Part shown: in pieces, positions 15,001 to 30,000 of the stretch
Layout of the letters: the number at the start of each line of letters is the position of its first letter
How positions within the stretch are numbered: the stretch's first letter is position 1
Origin: Eledone cirrhosa
Lineage: Eukaryota
Direction: 5' to 3'
DNA length: 64,000 nt
Assembly: GCA_964016885.1 (NCBI GenBank)
Contig: OZ024746.1
Span: 31,744,001-31,808,000 of the forward strand
Program-made: the position numbers and the translations under genes
The notes under the pieces: model-generated
What the model saw: only the letters and a program-made list of their open reading frames with translations
Databases searched by the model: none
Told to the model about the DNA's origin: nothing

Positions 15001-18000
15001 AATGCGGTGATAGGGAAAATATGATTTTTAGAGAAAAAATATGATATAGAATGGTGAAAATATGATATAGTGTGAAATTAGGACATAGAATAGTGATTGA
15101 ATGAATGGATTCGAATGGAGAGAAGAGTCGAGAAAAAAAAAAATACGATATAGAATGGTGAAAATATGATATAGTGTGAAATTAGGACATAGAATAGTGA
15201 TTGAATGAATGGATTCGAATGGAGAGAAGAATCGAGAAAAATATTTGAACGTTACTTTATACCGCAGGAACAGCCATCCCAGAAATAGCGAGTTGGCGAT
15301 TTTGACTAATTTTGGTAGGGTTTATCTTATATGTATAGAGGGGGGAGGGGGCAGACCAGCATGATGTATGGGTAGGGGGTAGAAGATGGGATGGAGCAGA
15401 GGTTAAGAGTTTAAATAGGTACTCGAAGTTTTGCGTAAAACTTAGCAAGTTTCACAAAATATATTTAAGGAATATATAATAGTGATTTGTTTTGTTATGA
15501 AAATACGACAGAATATGAAAATATGACAGAATTAAACGAGAATGTAAGGTTTAAGATAAGATCGCCGTATTTTGGGCATAATTTAACAATAAACGAAAAT
15601 ACAAGATTTGTTTTGTTTAAGAAAATACGATAGAGAAAATGCGGTGATAGGGAAAATATGATTTTTAGAGAAAAAAATATGATATAGAATGGTGAAAATA
15701 TGATATAGTGTGAAATTAGGACATAGAATAGTGATTGAATGAATGGATTCGAATGGAGAGAAGAATCGAGAAAAATATTTGAACGTTACTTTATACCGCA
15801 GGAACAGCCATCCCAGAAATAGCGAGTTGGCGATTTTGACTAATTTTGGTAGGGTTTATCTTATATGTATAGAGAGGGGGGGGGGGGGGGACAGACCAGC
15901 ATGATGTATGGGTAGGGGGTAGAAGATGGGATGGAGCAGAGGTTAAGAGTTTAAATAGGTACTCGATGTTTTGCGTAAAACTTAGCAAGTTTAACAAAAT
16001 ATATTTAAGGAATATATAATAGTGATTTGTTTTGTTATGAAAATACGACAGAATATGAAAATATGACAGAATTAAACGAGAATGTAAGGTTTAAGATAAG
16101 ATCGCCGTATTTTGGGCATAATTTAACAATAAACGAAAATACAAGATTTGTTTTGTTTAAGAAAATACGATAGAGAAAATGCGGTGATAGGGAAAATATG
16201 ATTTTTAGAGAAAAAAATATGATATAGAATGGTGAAAATATGATATAGTGTGAAATTAGGACATAGAATAGTGATTGAATGAATGGATTCGAATGGAGAG
16301 AAGAATCGAGAAAAATATTTGAACGTTACTTTATACCGCAGGAACAGCCATCCCAGAAATAGCGAGTTGGCGATTTTGACTAATTTTGGTAGGGTTTATC
16401 TTATATGTATAGAGAGGGGGGGGGGGGGGGACAGACCAGCATGATGTATGGGTAGGGGGTAGAAGATGGGATGGAGCAGAGGTTAAGAGTTTAAATAGGT
16501 ACTCGATGTTTTGCGTAAAACTTAGCAAGTTTAACAAAATATATTTAAGGAATATATAATAGTGATTTGTTTTGTTATGAAAATACGACAGAATATGAAA
16601 ATATGACAGAATTAAACGAGAATGTAAGGTTTAAGATAAGATCGCCGTATTTTGGGCATAATTTAACAATAAACGAAAATACAAGATTTGTTTTGTTTAA
16701 GAAAATACGATAGAGAAAATGCGGTGATAGGGAAAATATGATTTTTAGAGAAAAAAATATGATATAGAATGGTGAAAATATGATATAGTGTGAAATTAGG
16801 ACATAGAATAGTGATTGAATGAATGGATTCGAATGGAGAGAAGAGTCGAGAAAAAAAAAAAAAAACGATATAGAATGGTGAAAATATGATATAGTGTGAA
16901 ATTAGGACATAGAATAGTGATTGAATGAATGGATTCGAATGGAGAGAAGAATCGAGAAAAATATTTGAACGTTACTTTATACCGCAGGAACAGCCATCCC
17001 AGAAATAGCGAGTTGGCGATTTTGACTAATTTTGGTAGGGTTTATCTTATATGTATAGAGAGGGGGGGGGGACAGACCAGCATGATGTATGGGTAGGGGG
17101 TAGAAGATGGGATGGAGCAGAGGTTAAGAGTTTAAATAGGTACTCGATGTTTTGCGTAAAACTTAGCAAGTTTAACAAAATATATTTAAGGAATATATAA
17201 TAGTGATTTGTTTTGTTATGAAAATACGACAGAATATGAAAATATGACAGAATTAAACGAGAATGTAAGGTTTAAGATAAGATCGCCGTATTTTGGGCAT
17301 AATTTAACAATAAACGAAAATACAAGATTTGTTTTGTTTAAGAAAATACGATAGAGAAAATGCGGTGATAGGGAAAATATGATTTTTAGAGAAAAAAATA
17401 TGATATAGAATGGTGAAAATATGATATAGTGTGAAATTAGGACATAGAATAGTGATTGAATGAATGGATTCGAATGGAGAGAAGAGTCGAGAAAAAAAAA
17501 AATACGATATAGAATGGTGAAAATATGATATAGTGTGAAATTAGGACATAGAATAGTGATTGAATGAATGGATTCGAATGGAGAGAAGAATCGAGAAAAA
17601 TATTTAAACGTTACTTTATACCGCAGGAACAGCCGTCCCAGAAATAGCGAGTTGGCGATTTTGACTAATTTTGGTAGGGTTTATCTTATATGTATAGAGA
17701 GGGGGGGGGCAGACCAGCATGATGTATGGGTAGGGGGTAGAAGATGGGATGGAGCAGAGGTTAAGAGTTTAAATAGGTACTCGAAGTTTTGCGTAAAACT
17801 TAGCAAGTTTCACAAAATATATTTAAGGAATATATAATAGTGATTTGTTTTGTTATGAAAATACGACAGAATATGAAAATATGACAGAATTAAACGAGAA
17901 TGTAAGGTTTAAGATAAGATCGCCGTATTTTGGGCATAATTTAACAATAAACGAAAATACAAGATTTGTTTTGTTTAAGAAAATACGATAGAGAAAATGC

Positions 18001-21000
18001 GGTGATAAGGAAAATATGATTTTTAGAGAAAAAAATATGATATAGAATGGTGAAAATATGATATAGTGTGAAATTAGGACATAGAATAGTGATTGAATGA
18101 ATGGATTCGAATGGAGAGAAGAGTCGAGAAAAAAAAAAAATACGATATAGAATGGTGAAAATATGATATAGTGTGAAATTAGGACATAGAATAGTGATTG
18201 AATGAATGGATTCGAATGGAGAGAAGAATCGAGAAAAATATTTGAACGTTACTTTATACCGCAGGAACAGCCATCCCAGAAATAGCGAGTTGGCGATTTT
18301 GACTAATTTTGGTAGGGTTTATCTTATATGTATAGAGAGGGGGGGGGGCAGACCAGCATGATGTATGGGTAGGGGGTAGAAGATGGGATGGAGCAGAGGT
18401 TAAGAGTTTAAATAGGTACTCGAAGTTTTGCGTAAAACTTAGCAAGTTTCACAAAACATATTTAAGGAATATATAATAGTGATTTGTTTTGTTATGAAAA
18501 TACGACAGAATATGAAAATATGACAGAATTAAACGAGAATGTAAGGTTTAAGATAAGATCGCCGTATTTTGGGCATAATTTAACAATAAACGAAAATACA
18601 AGATTTGTTTTGTTTAAGAAAATACGATAGAGAAAATGCGGTGATAGGGAAAATATGATTTTTAGAGAAAAAAATATGATATAGAATGGTGAAAATATGA
18701 TATAGTGTGAAATTAGGACATAGAATAGTGATTGAATGAATGGATTCGAATGGAGAGAAGAGTCGAGAAAAAAAAAATACGATATAGAATGGTTAAAATA
18801 TGATATAGTGTGAAATTAGGACATAGAATAGTGATTGAATGAATGGATTCGAATGGAGAGAAGAATCGAGAAAAATATTTGAACGTTACTTTATACCGCA
18901 GGAACAGCCATCCCAGAAATAGCGAGTTGGCGATTTTGACTAATTTTGGTAGGGTTTATCTTATATGTATAGAGAGGGGGGGGGGCAGATCAGCATGATG
19001 TATGGGTAGGGGGTAGAAGATGGGATGGAGCAGAGGTTAAGAGTTTAAATAGGTACTCGAAGTTTTGCGTAAAACTTAGCAAGTTTAACAAAATATATTT
19101 AAGGAATATATAATAGTGATTTGTTTTGTTATGAAAATACGACAGAATATGAAAATATGACAGAATTAAACGAGAATGTAAGGTTTAAGATAAGATCGCC
19201 GTATTTTGGGCATAATTTAACAATAAACGAAAATACAAGATTTGTTTTGTTTAAGAAAATACGATAGAGAAAATGCGGTGATAGGGAAAATATGATTTTT
19301 AGAGAAAAAAATATGATATAGAATGGTGAAAATATGATATAGTGTGAAATTAGGACATAGAATAGTGATTGAATGAATGGATTCGAATGGAGAGAAGAGT
19401 CGAGAAAAAAAAAATACGATATAGAATGGTGAAAATATGATATAGTGTGAAATTAGGACATAGAATAGTGATTGAATGAATGGATTCGAATGGAGAGAAG
19501 AATCGAGAAAAATATTTGAACGTTACTTTATACCGCAGGAACAGCCATCCCAGAAATAGCGAGTTGGCGATTTTGACTAATTTTGGTAGGGTTTATCTTA
19601 TATGTATAGAGAGGGGGGGGGGGCAGATCAGCATGATGTATGGGTAGGGGGTAGAAGATGGGATGGAGCAGAGGTTAAGAGTTTAAATAGGTACTCGAAG
19701 TTTTGCGTAAAACTTAGCAAGTTTAACAAAATATATTTAAGGAATATATAATAGTGATTTGTTTTGTTATGAAAATACGACAGAATATGAAAATATGACA
19801 GAATTAAACGAGAATGTAAGGTTTAAGATAAGATCGCCGTATTTTGGGCATAATTTAACAATAAACGAAAATACAAGATTTGTTTTGTTTAAGAAAATAC
19901 GATAGAGAAAATGCGGTGATAGGGAAAATATGATTTTTAGAGAAAAAAATATGATATAGAATGGTGAAAATATGATATAGTGTGAAATTAGGACATAGAA
20001 TAGTGATTGAATGAATGGATTCGAATGGAGAGAAGAGTCGAGAAAAAGAAAAATACGATATAGAATGGTGAAAATATGATATAGTGTGAAATTAGGACAT
20101 AGAATAGTGATTGAATGAATGGATTCGAATGGAGAGAAGAGTCGAGAAAAAAAAAAAATGATATAGAATGGTGAAAATATGATATAGTGTGAAATTAGGA
20201 CATAGAATAGTGATTGAATGAATGGATTCGAATGGAGAGAAGAGTCGAGAAAAAAAAAATACGATATAGAATGGTTAAAATATGATATAGTGTGAAATTA
20301 GGACATAGAATAGTGATTGAATGAATGGATTCGAATGGAGAGAAGAGTCGAGAAAAAAAATACGATATATAATGGTGAACATATGATATAGTGTGAAATT
20401 AGGACATAGAATAGTGATTGAATGAATGGATTCGAATGGAGAGAAGAATCGAGAAAAATATTTGAACGTTACTTTATACCGCAGGAACAGCCATCCCAGA
20501 AATAGCGAGTTGGCGATTTTGACTAATTTTGGTAGGGTTTATCTTATATGTATAGAGAGGGGGGGGCAGACCAGCATGATGTATGGGTAGGGGGTAGAAG
20601 ATGGGATGGAGCAGAGGTTAAGAGTTTAAATAGGTACTCGAAGTTTTGCGTAAAACTTAGCAAGTTTCACAAAACATATTTAAGGAATATATAATAGTGA
20701 TTTGTTTTGTTATGAAAATACGACAGAATATGAAAATATGACAGAATTAAACGAGAATGTAAGGTTTAAGATAAGATCGCCGTATTTTGGGCATAATTTA
20801 ACAATAAACGAAAATACAAGATTTGTTTTGTTTAAGAAAATACGATAGAGAAAATGCGGTGATAGGGAAAATATGATTTTTAGAGAAAAAAATATGATAT
20901 AGAATGGTGAAAATATGATATAGTGTGAAATTAGGACATAGAATAGTGATTGAATGAATGGATTCGAATGGAGAGAAGAGTCGAGAAAAAAAAAATACGA

Positions 21001-24000
21001 TATAGAATGGTTAAAATATGATATAGTGTGAAATTAGGACATAGAATAGTGATTGAATGAATGGATTCGAATGGAGAGAAGAATCGAGAAAAAAAAAATA
21101 TGATATAGAATGGTGAAAATATGATATAGTGTGAAATTAGGACATAGAATAGTGATTGAATGAATGGATTCGAATGGAGAGAAGAGTCGAGAAAAAAAAA
21201 TACGATATAGAATGGTTAAAATATGATATAGTGTGAAATTAGGACATAGAATAGTGATTGAATGAATGGATTCGAATGGAGAGAAGAGTCGAGAAAAAAA
21301 ATACGATATATAATGGTGAACATATGATATAGTGTGAAATTAGGACATAGAATAGTGATTGAATGAATGGATTCGAATGGAGAGAAGAATCGAGAAAAAT
21401 ATTTGAACGTTACTTTATACCGCAGGAACAGCCATCCCAGAAATAGCGAGTTGGCGATTTTGACTAATTTTGGTAGGGTTTATCTTATATGTATAGAGAG
21501 GGGGGGGCAGATCAGCATGATGTATGGGTAGGGGGTAGAAGATGGGATGGAGCAGAGGTTAAGAGTTTAAATAGGTACTCGAAGTTTTGCGTAAAACTTA
21601 GCAAGTTTAACAAAATATATTTAAGGAATATATAATAGTGATTTGTTTTGTTATGAAAATACGACAGAATATGAAAATATGACAGAATTAAACGAGAATG
21701 TAAGGTTTAAGATAAGATCGCCGTATTTTGGGCATAATTTAACAATAAACGAAAATACAAGATTTGTTTTGTTTAAGAAAATACGATAGAGAAAATGCGG
21801 TGATAGGGAAAATATGATTTTTAGAGAAAAAAATATGATATAGAATGGTGAAAATATGATATAGTGTGAAATTAGGACATAGAATAGTGATTGAATGAAT
21901 GGATTCGAATGGAGAGAAGAGTCGAGAAAAAAAAAAATACGATATAGAATGGTGAAAATATGATATAGTGTGAAATTAGGACATAGAATAGTGATTGAAT
22001 GAATGGATTCGAATGGAGAGAAGAGTCGAGAAAAAAAAAATATGATATAGAATGGTGAAAATATGATATAGTGTGAAATTAGGACATAGAATAGTGATTG
22101 AATGAATGGATTCGAATGGAGAGAAGAGTCGAGAAAAAAAAAATACGATATAGAATGGTTAAAATATGATATAGTGTGAAATTAGGACATAGAATAGTGA
22201 TTGAATGAATGGATTCGAATGGAGAGAAGAGTCGAGAAAAAAAATACGATATATAATGGTGAACATATGATATAGTGTGAAATTAGGACATAGAATAGTG
22301 ATTGAATGAATGGATTCGAATGGAGAGAAGAATCGAGAAAAATATTTGAACGTTACTTTATACCGCAGGAACAGCCATCCCAGAAATAGCGAGTTGGCGA
22401 TTTTTTCTAATTTTGGTAGGGTTTATCTTATATGTATAGAGAGGGGGGGACAGACCAGCATGATGTATGGGTAGGGGGTAGAAGATGGGATGGAGCAGAG
22501 GTTAAGAGTTTAAATAGGTACTCGATGTTTTGCGTAAAACTTAGCAAGTTTAACAAAATATATTTAAGGAATATATAATAGTGATTTGTTTTGTTATGAA
22601 AATACGACAGAATATGAAAATATGACAGAATTAAACGAGAATGTAAGGTTTAAGATAAGATCGCCGTATTTTGGGCATAATTTAACAATAAACGAAAATA
22701 CAAGATTTGTTTTGTTTAAGAAAATACGATAGAGAAAATGCGGTGATAGGGAAAATATGATTTTTAGAGAAAAAAATATGATATAGAATGGTGAAAATAT
22801 GATATAGTGTGAAATTAGGACATAGAATAGTGATTGAATGAATGGATTCGAATGGAGAGAAGAGTCGAGAAAAAAAAAAATACGATATAGAATGGTGAAA
22901 ATATGATATAGTGTGAAATTAGGACATAGAATAGTGATTGAATGAATGGATTCGAATGGAGAGAAGAATCGAGAAAAATATTTGAACGTTACTTTATACC
23001 GCAGGAACAGCCATCCCAGAAATAGCGAGTTGGCGATTTTGACTAATTTTGGTAGGGTTTATCTTATATGTATAGAGAGGGGGGGGGGACAGACCAGCAT
23101 GATGTATGGGTAGGGGGTAGAAGATGGGATGGAGCAGAGGTTAAGAGTTTAAATAGGTACTCGATGTTTTGCGTAAAACTTAGCAAGTTTAACAAAATAT
23201 ATTTAAGGAATATATAATAGTGATTTGTTTTGTTATGAAAATACGACAGAATATGAAAATATGACAGAATTAAACGAGAATGTAAGGTTTAAGATAAGAT
23301 CGCCGTATTTTGGGCATAATTTAACAATAAACGAAAATACAAGATTTGTTTTGTTTAAGAAAATACGATAGAGAAAATGCGGTGATAGGGAAAATATGAT
23401 TTTTAGAGAAAAAAATATGATATAGAATGGTGAAAATATGATATAGTGTGAAATTAGGACATAGAATAGTGATTGAATGAATGGATTCGAATGGAGAGAA
23501 GAGTCGAGAAAAAAAAAAATACGATATAGAATGGTGAAAATATGATATAGTGTGAAATTAGGACATAGAATAGTGATTGAATGAATGGATTCGAATGGAG
23601 AGAAGAATCGAGAAAAATATTTGAACGTTACTTTATACCGCAGGAACAGCCATCCCAGAAATAGCGAGTTGGCGATTTTGACTAATTTTGGTAGGGTTTA
23701 TCTTATATGTATAGAGAGGGGGGGGGGGGGCAGACCAGCATGATGTATGGGTAGGGGGTAGAAGATGGGATGGAGCAGAGGTTAAGAGTTTAAATAGGTA
23801 CTCGAAGTTTTGCGTAAAACTTAGCAAGTTTCACAAAACATATTTAAGGAATATATAATAGTGATTTGTTTTGTTATGAAAATACGACAGAATATGAAAA
23901 TATGACAGAATTAAACGAGAATGTAAGGTTTAAGATAAGATCGCCGTATTTTGGGCATAATTTAACAATAAACGAAAATACAAGATTTGTTTTGTTTAAG

Positions 24001-27000
24001 AAAATACGATAGAGAAAATGCGGTGATAGGGAAAATATGATTTTTAGAGAAAAAAATATGATATAGAATGGTGAAAATATGATATAGTGTGAAATTAGGA
24101 CATAGAATAGTGATTGAATGAATGGATTCGAATGGAGAGAAGAGTCGAGAAAAAAAAAATACGATATAGAATGGTTAAAATATGATATAGTGTGAAATTA
24201 GGACATAGAATAGTGATTGAATGAATGGATTCGAATGGAGAGAAGAGTCGAGAAAAAAAAAATATGATATAGAATGGTGAAAATATGATATAGTGTGAAA
24301 TTAGGACATAGAATAGTGATTGAATGAATGGATTCGAATGGAGAGAAGAGTCGAGAAAAAAAAAATACGATATAGAATGGTTAAAATATGATATAGTGTG
24401 AAATTAGGACATAGAATAGTGATTGAATGAATGGATTCGAATGGAGAGAAGAGTCGAGAAAAAAAATACGATATATAATGGTGAACATATGATATAGTGT
24501 GAAATTAGGACATAGAATAGTGATTGAATGAATGGATTCGAATGGAGAGAAGAATCGAGAAAAATATTTGAACGTTACTTTATACCGCAGGAACAGCCAT
24601 CCCAGAAATAGCGAGTTGGCGATTTTTTCTAATTTTGGTAGGGTTTATCTTATATGTATAGAGAGGGGGGGGGGGGGACAGACCAGCATGATGTATGGGT
24701 AGGGGGTAGAAGATGGGATGGAGCAGAGGTTAAGAGTTTAAATAGGTACTCGATGTTTTGCGTAAAACTTAGCAAGTTTAACAAAATATATTTAAGGAAT
24801 ATATAATAGTGATTTGTTTTGTTATGAAAATACGACAGAATATGAAAATATGACAGAATTAAACGAGAATGTAAGGTTTAAGATAAGATCGCCGTATTTT
24901 GGGCATAATTTAACAATAAACGAAAATACAAGATTTGTTTTGTTTAAGAAAATACGATAGAGAAAATGCGGTGATAGGGAAAATATGATTTTTAGAGAAA
25001 AAAATATGATATAGAATGGTGAAAATATGATATAGTGTGAAATTAGGACATAGAATAGTGATTGAATGAATGGATTCGAATGGAGAGAAGAGTCGAGAAA
25101 AAAAAAAATACGATATAGAATGGTGAAAATATGATATAGTGTGAAATTAGGACATAGAATAGTGATTGAATGAATGGATTCGAATGGAGAGAAGAATCGA
25201 GAAAAATATTTGAACGTTACTTTATACCGCAGGAACAGCCATCCCAGAAATAGCGAGTTGGCGATTTTGACTAATTTTGGTAGGGTTTATCTTATATGTA
25301 TAGAGAGGGGGGGGGGGGGCAGACCAGCATGATGTATGGGTAGGGGGTAGAAGATGGGATGGAGCAGAGGTTAAGAGTTTAAATAGGTACTCGAAGTTTT
25401 GCGTAAAACTTAGCAACTTTCACAAAATATATTTAAGGAATATATAATAGTGATTTGTTTTGTTATGAAAATACGACAGAATATGAAAATATGACAGAAT
25501 TAAACGAGAATGTAAGGTTTAAGATAAGATCGCCGTATTTTGGGCATAATTTAACAATAAACGAAAATACAAGATTTGTTTTGTTTAAGAAAATACGATA
25601 GAGAAAATGCGGTGATAGGGAAAATATGATTCTTAGAGAAAAAAATATGATATAGAATGGTGAAAATATGATATAGTGTGAAATTAGGACATAGAATAGT
25701 GATTGAATGAATGGATTCGAATGGAGAGAAGAGTCGAGAAAAAAAAAAAAATACGATATAGAATGGTGAAAATATGATATAGTGTGAAATTAGGACATAG
25801 AATAGTGATTGAATGAATGGATTCGAATGGAGAGAAGAATCGAGAAAAATATTTGAACGTTACTTTATACCGCAGGAACAGCCATCCCAGAAATAGCGAG
25901 TTGGCGATTTTGACTAATTTTGGTAGGGTTTATCTTATATGTATAGAGAGGGGGGGGGGGCAGACCAGCATGATGTATGGGTAGGGGGTAGAAGATGGGA
26001 TGGAGCAGAGGTTAAGAGTTTAAATAGGTACTCGAAGTTTTGCGTAAAACTTAGCAAGTTTCACAAAACATATTTAAGGAATATATAATAGTGATTTGTT
26101 TTGTTATGAAAATACGACAGAATATGAAAATATGACAGAATTAAACGAGAATGTAAGGTTTAAGATAAGATCGCCGTATTTTGGGCATAATTTAACAATA
26201 AACGAAAATACAAGATTTGTTTTGTTTAAGAAAATACGATAGAGAAAATGCGGTGATAGGGAAAATATGATTTTTAGAGAAAAAAATATGATATAGAATG
26301 GTGAAAATATGATATAGTGTGAAATTAGGACATAGAATAGTGATTGAATGAATGGATTCGAATGGAGAGAAGAGTCGAGAAAAAAAAAATACGATATAGA
26401 ATGGTTAAAATATGATATAGTGTGAAATTAGGACATAGAATAGTGATTGAATGAATGGATTCGAATGGAGAGAAGAATCGAGAAAAATATTTGAACGTTA
26501 CTTTATACCGCAGGAACAGCCATCCCAGAAATAGCGAGTTGGCGATTTTGACTAATTTTGGTAGGGTTTATCTTATATGTATAGAGAGGGGGGGGGGGCA
26601 GATCAGCATGATGTATGGGTAGGGGGTAGAAGATGGGATGGAGCAGAGGTTAAGAGTTTAAATAGGTACTCGAAGTTTTGCGTAAAACTTAGCAAGTTTA
26701 ACAAAATATATTTAAGGAATATATAATAGTGATTTGTTTTGTTATGAAAATACGACAGAATATGAAAATATGACAGAATTAAACGAGAATGTAAGGTTTA
26801 AGATAAGATCGCCGTATTTTGGGCATAATTTAACAATAAACGAAAATACAAGATTTGTTTTGTTTAAGAAAATACGATAGAGAAAATGCGGTGATAGGGA
26901 AAATATGATTTTTAGAGAAAAAAATATGATATAGAATGGTGAAAATATGATATAGTGTGAAATTAGGACATAGAATAGTGATTGAATGAATGGATTCGAA

Positions 27001-30000
27001 TGGAGAGAAGAGTCGAGAAAAAAAAAATACGATATAGAATGATGAAAATATGATATAGTGTGAAATTAGGACATAGAATAGTGATTGAATGAATGGATTC
27101 GAATGGAGAGAAGAGTCGAGAAAAAAAAAATATGATATAGAATGGTGAAAATATGATATAGTGTGAAATTAGGACATAGAATAGTGATTGAATGAATGGA
27201 TTCGAATGGAGAGAAGAGTCGAGAAAAAAAAAATACGATATAGAATGGTTAAAATATGATATAGTGTGAAATTAGGACATAGAATAGTGATTGAATGAAT
27301 GGATTCGAATGGAGAGAAGAGTCGAGAAAAAAAATACGATATATAATGGTGAACATATGATATAGTGTGAAATTAGGACATAGAATAGTGATTGAATGAA
27401 TGGATTCGAATGGAGAGAAGAATCGAGAAAAATATTTGAACGTTACTTTATACCGCAGGAACAGCCATCCCAGAAATAGCGAGTTGGCGATTTTGACTAA
27501 TTTTGGTAGGGTTTATCTTATATGTATAGAGAGGGGGGGGGGGCAGACCAGCATGATGTATGGGTAGGGGGTAGAAGATGGGATGGAGCAGAGGTTAAGA
27601 ATTTAAATAGGTACTCGATGTTTTGCGTAAAACTTAGCAAGTTTAACAAAATATATTTAAGGAATATATAATAGTGATTTGTTTTGTTATGAAAATACGA
27701 CAGAATATGAAAATATGACAGAATTAAACGAGAATGTAAGGTTTAAGATAAGATCGCCGTATTTTGGGCATAATTTAACAATAAACGAAAATACAAGATT
27801 TGTTTTGTTTAAGAAAATACGATAGAGAAAATGCGGTGATAGGGAAAATATGACTTTTAGAGAAAAAAATATGATATAGAATGGTGAAAATATGATATAG
27901 TGTGAAATTAGGACATAGAATAGTGATTGAATGAATGGATTCGAATGGAGAGAAGAGTCGAGAAAAAAAAAATACGATATAGAATGGTGAAAATATGATA
28001 TAGTGTGAAATTAGGACATAGAATAGTGATTGAATGAATGGATTCGAATGGAGAGAAGAATCGAGAAAAATATTTGAACGTTACTTTATACCGCAGGAAC
28101 AGCCATCCCAGAAATAGCGAGTTGGCGATTTTTTCTAATTTTGGTAGGCTTTATCTTATATGTATAGAGAGGGGGTGGGGGGCAGACCAGCATGATGTAT
28201 GGGTAGGGGGTAGCAGATGGGATGGAGCAGAGGTTAAGAGTTTAAATAGGTACTCGAAGTTTTGCGTAAAACTTAGCAAGTTTAACAAAATATATTTAAG
28301 GAATATATAATAGTGATTTGTTTTGTTATGAAAATACGACAGAATATGAAAATATAACAGAATTAAACGAGAATGTAAGGTTTAAGATAAGATCGCCGTA
28401 TTTTGGGCATAATTTAACAATAAACGAAAATACAAGATTTGTTTTGTTTAAGAAAATACGATAGAGAAAATGCGGTGATAGGGAAAATATGACTTTTAGA
28501 GAAAAAAATATGATATAGAATGGTGAAAATATGATATAGTGTGAAATTAGGACATAGAATAGTGATTGAATGAATGGATTCGAATGGAGAGAAGAATCGA
28601 GAAAAATATTTGAACGTTACTTTATACCGCAGGAACAGCCATCCCAGAAATAGCGAGTTGGCGATTTTGACTAATTTTGGTAGGGTTTATCTTATATGTA
28701 TAGAGAGGGGGGGGGGGCAGACCAGCATGATGTATGGGTAGGGTGTAGAAGATGGGATGGAGCAGAGGTTAAGAGTTTAAATAGGTACTCGAAGTTTTGC
28801 GTAAAACTTAGCAAGTTTAACAAAATATATTTAAGGAATATATAATAGTGATTTGTTTTGTTATGAAAATACGACAGAATATGAAAATATGACAGAATTA
28901 AACGAGAATGTAAGGTTTAAGATAAGATCGCCGTATTTTGGGCATAATTTAACAATAAACGAAAATACAAGATTTGTTTTGTTTAAGAAAATACGATAGA
29001 GAAAATGCGGTGATAGGGAAAATATGATTTTTAGAGAAAAAAATATGATATAGAATGGTGAAAATATGATATAGTGTGAAATTAGGACATAGAATAGTGA
29101 TTGAATGAATGGATTCGAATGGAGAGAAGAGTCGAGAAAAAAAAAATACGATATAGAATGGTTAAAATATGATATAGTGTGAAATTAGGACATAGAATAG
29201 TGATTGAATGAATGGATTCGAATGGAGAGAAGAATCGAGAAAAATATTTGAACGTTACTTTATACCGCAGGAACAGCCATCCCAGAAATAGCGAGTTGGC
29301 GATTTTGACTAATTTTGGTAGGGTTTATCTTATATGTATAGAGAGGGGGGGGGACAGACCAGCATGATGTATGGGTAGGGGGTAGAAGATGGGATGGAGC
29401 AGAGGTTAAGAGTTTAAATAGGTACTCGAAGTTTTGCGTAAAACTTAGCAAGTTTAACAAAATATATTTAAGGAATATATAATAGTGATTTGTTTTGTTA
29501 TGAAAATACGACAGAATATGAAAATATGACAGAATTAAACGAGAATGTAAGGTTTAAGATAAGATCGCCGTATTTTGGGCATAATTTAACAATAAACGAA
29601 AATACAAGATTTGTTTTGTTTAAGAAAATACGATAGAGAAAATGCGGTGATAGGGAAAATATGATTTTTAGAGAAAAAAATATGATATAGAATGGTGAAA
29701 ATATGATATAGTGTGAAATTAGGACATACAATAGTGATTGAATGAATGGATTCGAATGGAGAGAAGAGTCGAGAAAAAGAAAATACGATATAGAATGGTG
29801 AAAATATGATATAGTGTGAAATTAGGACATAGAATAGTGATTGAATGAATGGATTCGAATGGAGAGAAGAGTCGAGAAAAAAAAAAAATACGATATAGAA
29901 TGGTGAAAATATGATATAGTGTGAAATTAGGACATAGAATAGTGATTGAATGAATGGATTCGAATGGAGAGAAGAGTCGAGAAAAAAAAATACGATATAG

